Source: an uncultured Marixanthomonas sp. (GTDB lineage Bacteria > Bacteroidota > Bacteroidia > Flavobacteriales > Flavobacteriaceae). Taken from it: a stretch of DNA of 40,620 bases. Positions 38,611-40,620 of this stretch are shown in pieces. The notes under the pieces are model-generated. The model saw only the letters and a list, made by a program, of their open reading frames with translations, did not search any database and was not told the DNA's origin. The DNA lies in NCBI GenBank assembly GCA_913057965.1, contig CAJXPE010000001.1, forward strand, positions 1 through 40,620, in the 5' to 3' direction. The position numbers and the translations under genes are program-made. Every line of letters begins with the position of its first letter. Positions within the stretch are counted from its first letter, which is position 1.

Positions 38611-39216
38611 ATGGCAAGATATACTGGTCCAAAAACTAAAATAGCCCGTAAGTTTGGTGAGGCTATCTTCGGAGACGATAAGTCTTTCGAAAAAAGAAAC
38701 TACCCTCCAGGGCAACACGGAAACACCCGTCGTCGTGGAAAAAAATCTGAATACGCTATTCAATTAGCTGAAAAGCAAAAAGCAAAATACTCATATGGTA
38801 TTTTAGAGCGTCAATTCAGAAACATGTTTAAAAAAGCAACTGCTGCTCCTGGAATTACAGGTGAAGTATTGCTTCAATTATGCGAGTCGCGTTTAGACAA
38901 CGTTGTATTCCGTATGGGGATCGCCCCTAGCCGTCGTGCTGCAAGACAATTAGTGTCTCACCGTCACATTACTGTAAATGGAGAAAAGGTTAATATACCT
39001 TCATACCAAATAAAAGTAGGTGATGTTGTTGCTGTAAGAGAAAAATCTAAAACGTTAGATGCTATCCAAGATTCTTTGGCAAATGCTAACCACGTTTATG
39101 AGTGGATTACTTGGAACAACGAAACTAAAGAAGGAACGTTTGTGTCTATTCCACAACGTATCCAGATTCCAGAGAACATCAACGAGCAGTTCATCGTCGA
39201 ATTATATTCTAAATAA
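38611..39216 (+). CDS. rpsD: 30S ribosomal protein S4
   Basis: MARYTGP, PPGQHG, ESRLDN and ARQLVSH. Confidence 0.99.
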   Translation: MARYTGPKTKIARKFGEAIFGDDKSFEKRNYPPGQHGNTRRRGKKSEYAIQLAEKQKAKYSYGILERQFRNMFKKATAAPGITGEVLLQLCESRLDNVVFRMGIAPSRRAARQLVSHRHITVNGEKVNIPSYQIKVGDVVAVREKSKTLDAIQDSLANANHVYEWITWNNETKEGTFVSIPQRIQIPENINEQFIVELYSK

Positions 39217-39237
39217 TAAAAACACACGAGTCACACT

Positions 39238-40230
39238 ATGGCAGTATTTAGTTTTCAGAAGCCTGATAAAGTTATCATGATCAATTCTACTGATTTTGAG
39301 GGGAAATTCGAATTTCGTCCCTTAGAGCCAGGTTACGGATTGACAGTAGGTAACGCATTAAGACGAGTATTACTTTCTTCTTTAGAAGGATTTGCAATTA
39401 CTTCGGTACGTATTGAAGGGGTTGATCACGAATTTTCAACCATAGCCGGAGTTGTAGAAGATGTAACAGAAATCATCCTTAACTTAAAACAAGTTCGTTT
39501 TAAGAGACAGATTGATGAGATAGATAACGAAACCGTAACTGTTTCAGTAAACGGAGGAGAGCAATTAACCGCTGGAGATTTTCAGAAATTCATTTCAGGA
39601 TTTCAAGTATTAAACCCAGATATGGTTATCTGTAATATGGACAAAAAGGTGAATCTTAATTTCGAGATCACTATTGAAAAAGGAAGAGGATATGTTCCTG
39701 CAGAAGAGAACAAAAAAGCTAACGCACCTCTTGGTACCATTTTTACAGACTCTATCTACACACCAATTAAAAATGTGAAGTACAGTATTGAAAACTTCCG
39801 TGTAGAACAAAAAACGGATTACGAAAAATTAGTTTTCGAAATTCAAACAGATGGTTCAATTCATCCAAAAGATGCCTTGACCGAAGCTGCTAAAACATTG
39901 ATTCACCACTTTATGTTATTTAGTGATGAGCGTATCACCCTTGAGGCTGATGAAATTGCTCAAACCGAAACATATGATGAAGAATCATTACATATGCGAC
40001 AGTTGCTTAAAACAAAATTAGTAGATATGGACCTTTCAGTTCGTGCACTAAACTGTTTAAAAGCTGCTGAAGTAGATACCTTAGGAGATTTGGTTTCTTA
40101 CAACAAAAACGATTTAATGAAATTCAGAAATTTCGGTAAAAAATCACTTACTGAACTAGAAGAATTAGTTAACGTTAAAGGTTTAAACTTCGGGATGGAC
40201 CTTTCAAAATATAAATTAGATAAAGATTAA
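39238..40230 (+). CDS. rpoA: DNA-directed RNA polymerase subunit alpha
   Basis: [30 protein letters not shown] and NFGKKSL. Confidence 0.99.
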   Translation: MAVFSFQKPDKVIMINSTDFEGKFEFRPLEPGYGLTVGNALRRVLLSSLEGFAITSVRIEGVDHEFSTIAGVVEDVTEIILNLKQVRFKRQIDEIDNETVTVSVNGGEQLTAGDFQKFISGFQVLNPDMVICNMDKKVNLNFEITIEKGRGYVPAEENKKANAPLGTIFTDSIYTPIKNVKYSIENFRVEQKTDYEKLVFEIQTDGSIHPKDALTEAAKTLIHHFMLFSDERITLEADEIAQTETYDEESLHMRQLLKTKLVDMDLSVRALNCLKAAEVDTLGDLVSYNKNDLMKFRNFGKKSLTELEELVNVKGLNFGMDLSKYKLDKD

Positions 40231-40233
40231 TAC

Positions 40234-40281
40234 GTCATATTTTGCTCCTCACAACAGTGAGTTTGGTAGCAAGATGATGAT
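40234..40281 (+). promoter_or_regulatory. Nested RNA hairpin between rpoA and rplQ
   Basis: GTCAT-ATTTTGCT / AGCAAGAT-g-ATGAT outer stem enclosing CTCAC-aaca-GTGAG. Confidence 0.5.
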
Positions 40282-40295
40282 TAAAACAAAATGTC

Positions 40296-40590
40296 ATGAG
40301 ACACGGAAAGAAATTTAATCACTTAGGGAGAAAAACAGCGCATAGAAAAGCGATGTTGGCTAATATGGCTTGTTCCTTAATTGAGCACAAGAGAATCAAC
40401 ACTACAGTTGCAAAAGCAAAAGCTTTAAAGCAATTTGTAGAACCAATGATCACAAAGTCTAAAGAAGATACGACTCATAACCGTCGTATTGTATATAGAA
40501 ATTTACGCCAAAAAGAAGCAGTTACTGAACTTTTTAGAGATGTTGCTGTAAAAGTAGGCGATCGTCCAGGAGGATATACTCGTATTATTA
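40296..40590 (+). CDS. rplQ: 50S ribosomal protein L17, 3'-truncated at the contig end (not in ORF track)
   Basis: Manual translation [28 protein letters not shown]...RPGGYTRII, then runs into adapter. Confidence 0.97.
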
Positions 40591-40620
40591 CTGTCTCTTA
40601 TACACATCTCCGAGCCCACG
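40591..40620 (-). other. Illumina Nextera adapter contamination (reverse complement of Read-2 adapter)
   Basis: CTGTCTCTTATACACATCTCCGAGCCCACG. Confidence 0.99.

Overview
AT-rich bacterial chromosomal contig, most likely a Flavobacteriaceae (Bacteroidota). This rests on SusC/SusD genes, TAnnTTTG promoters, mostly SD-less starts and the rpsL-rpsG-fusA-rpsJ order without tuf. Both ends carry untrimmed Illumina Nextera adapter (1-46 and 40591-40620), which mimics transposon inverted repeats but is an artefact. 0.3-11.5 kb holds housekeeping and envelope genes: mpl-like Mur ligase, PaiB, DUF1569, radC, a deacetylase-fold protein, YjjG HAD, a lipoprotein/DUF5723 barrel/secreted protein trio, rarA, rhomboid and rlmB. 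11.5-23.4 kb holds two tandem CAZyme-free SusC/SusD pairs, a small lipoprotein and a non-BamA Omp85 protein. 23.6-40.6 kb is the str-S10-spc-alpha ribosomal protein superoperon, including rpmD, rpmJ and a truncated rplQ that the ORF track missed. I see no mobile element, CRISPR array, tRNA/rRNA or defence system, and I cannot support a clearly new multi-gene system. The best leads are regulatory: a terminator/antiterminator-like structured leader between rpsJ and rplC, hairpins before rpsH, rpsD and rplQ, and an identical 16-mer at nearly the same offset upstream of both susC genes. The uncharacterised outer-membrane modules are also worth checking. All RNA pairings were worked out by eye, not computed.
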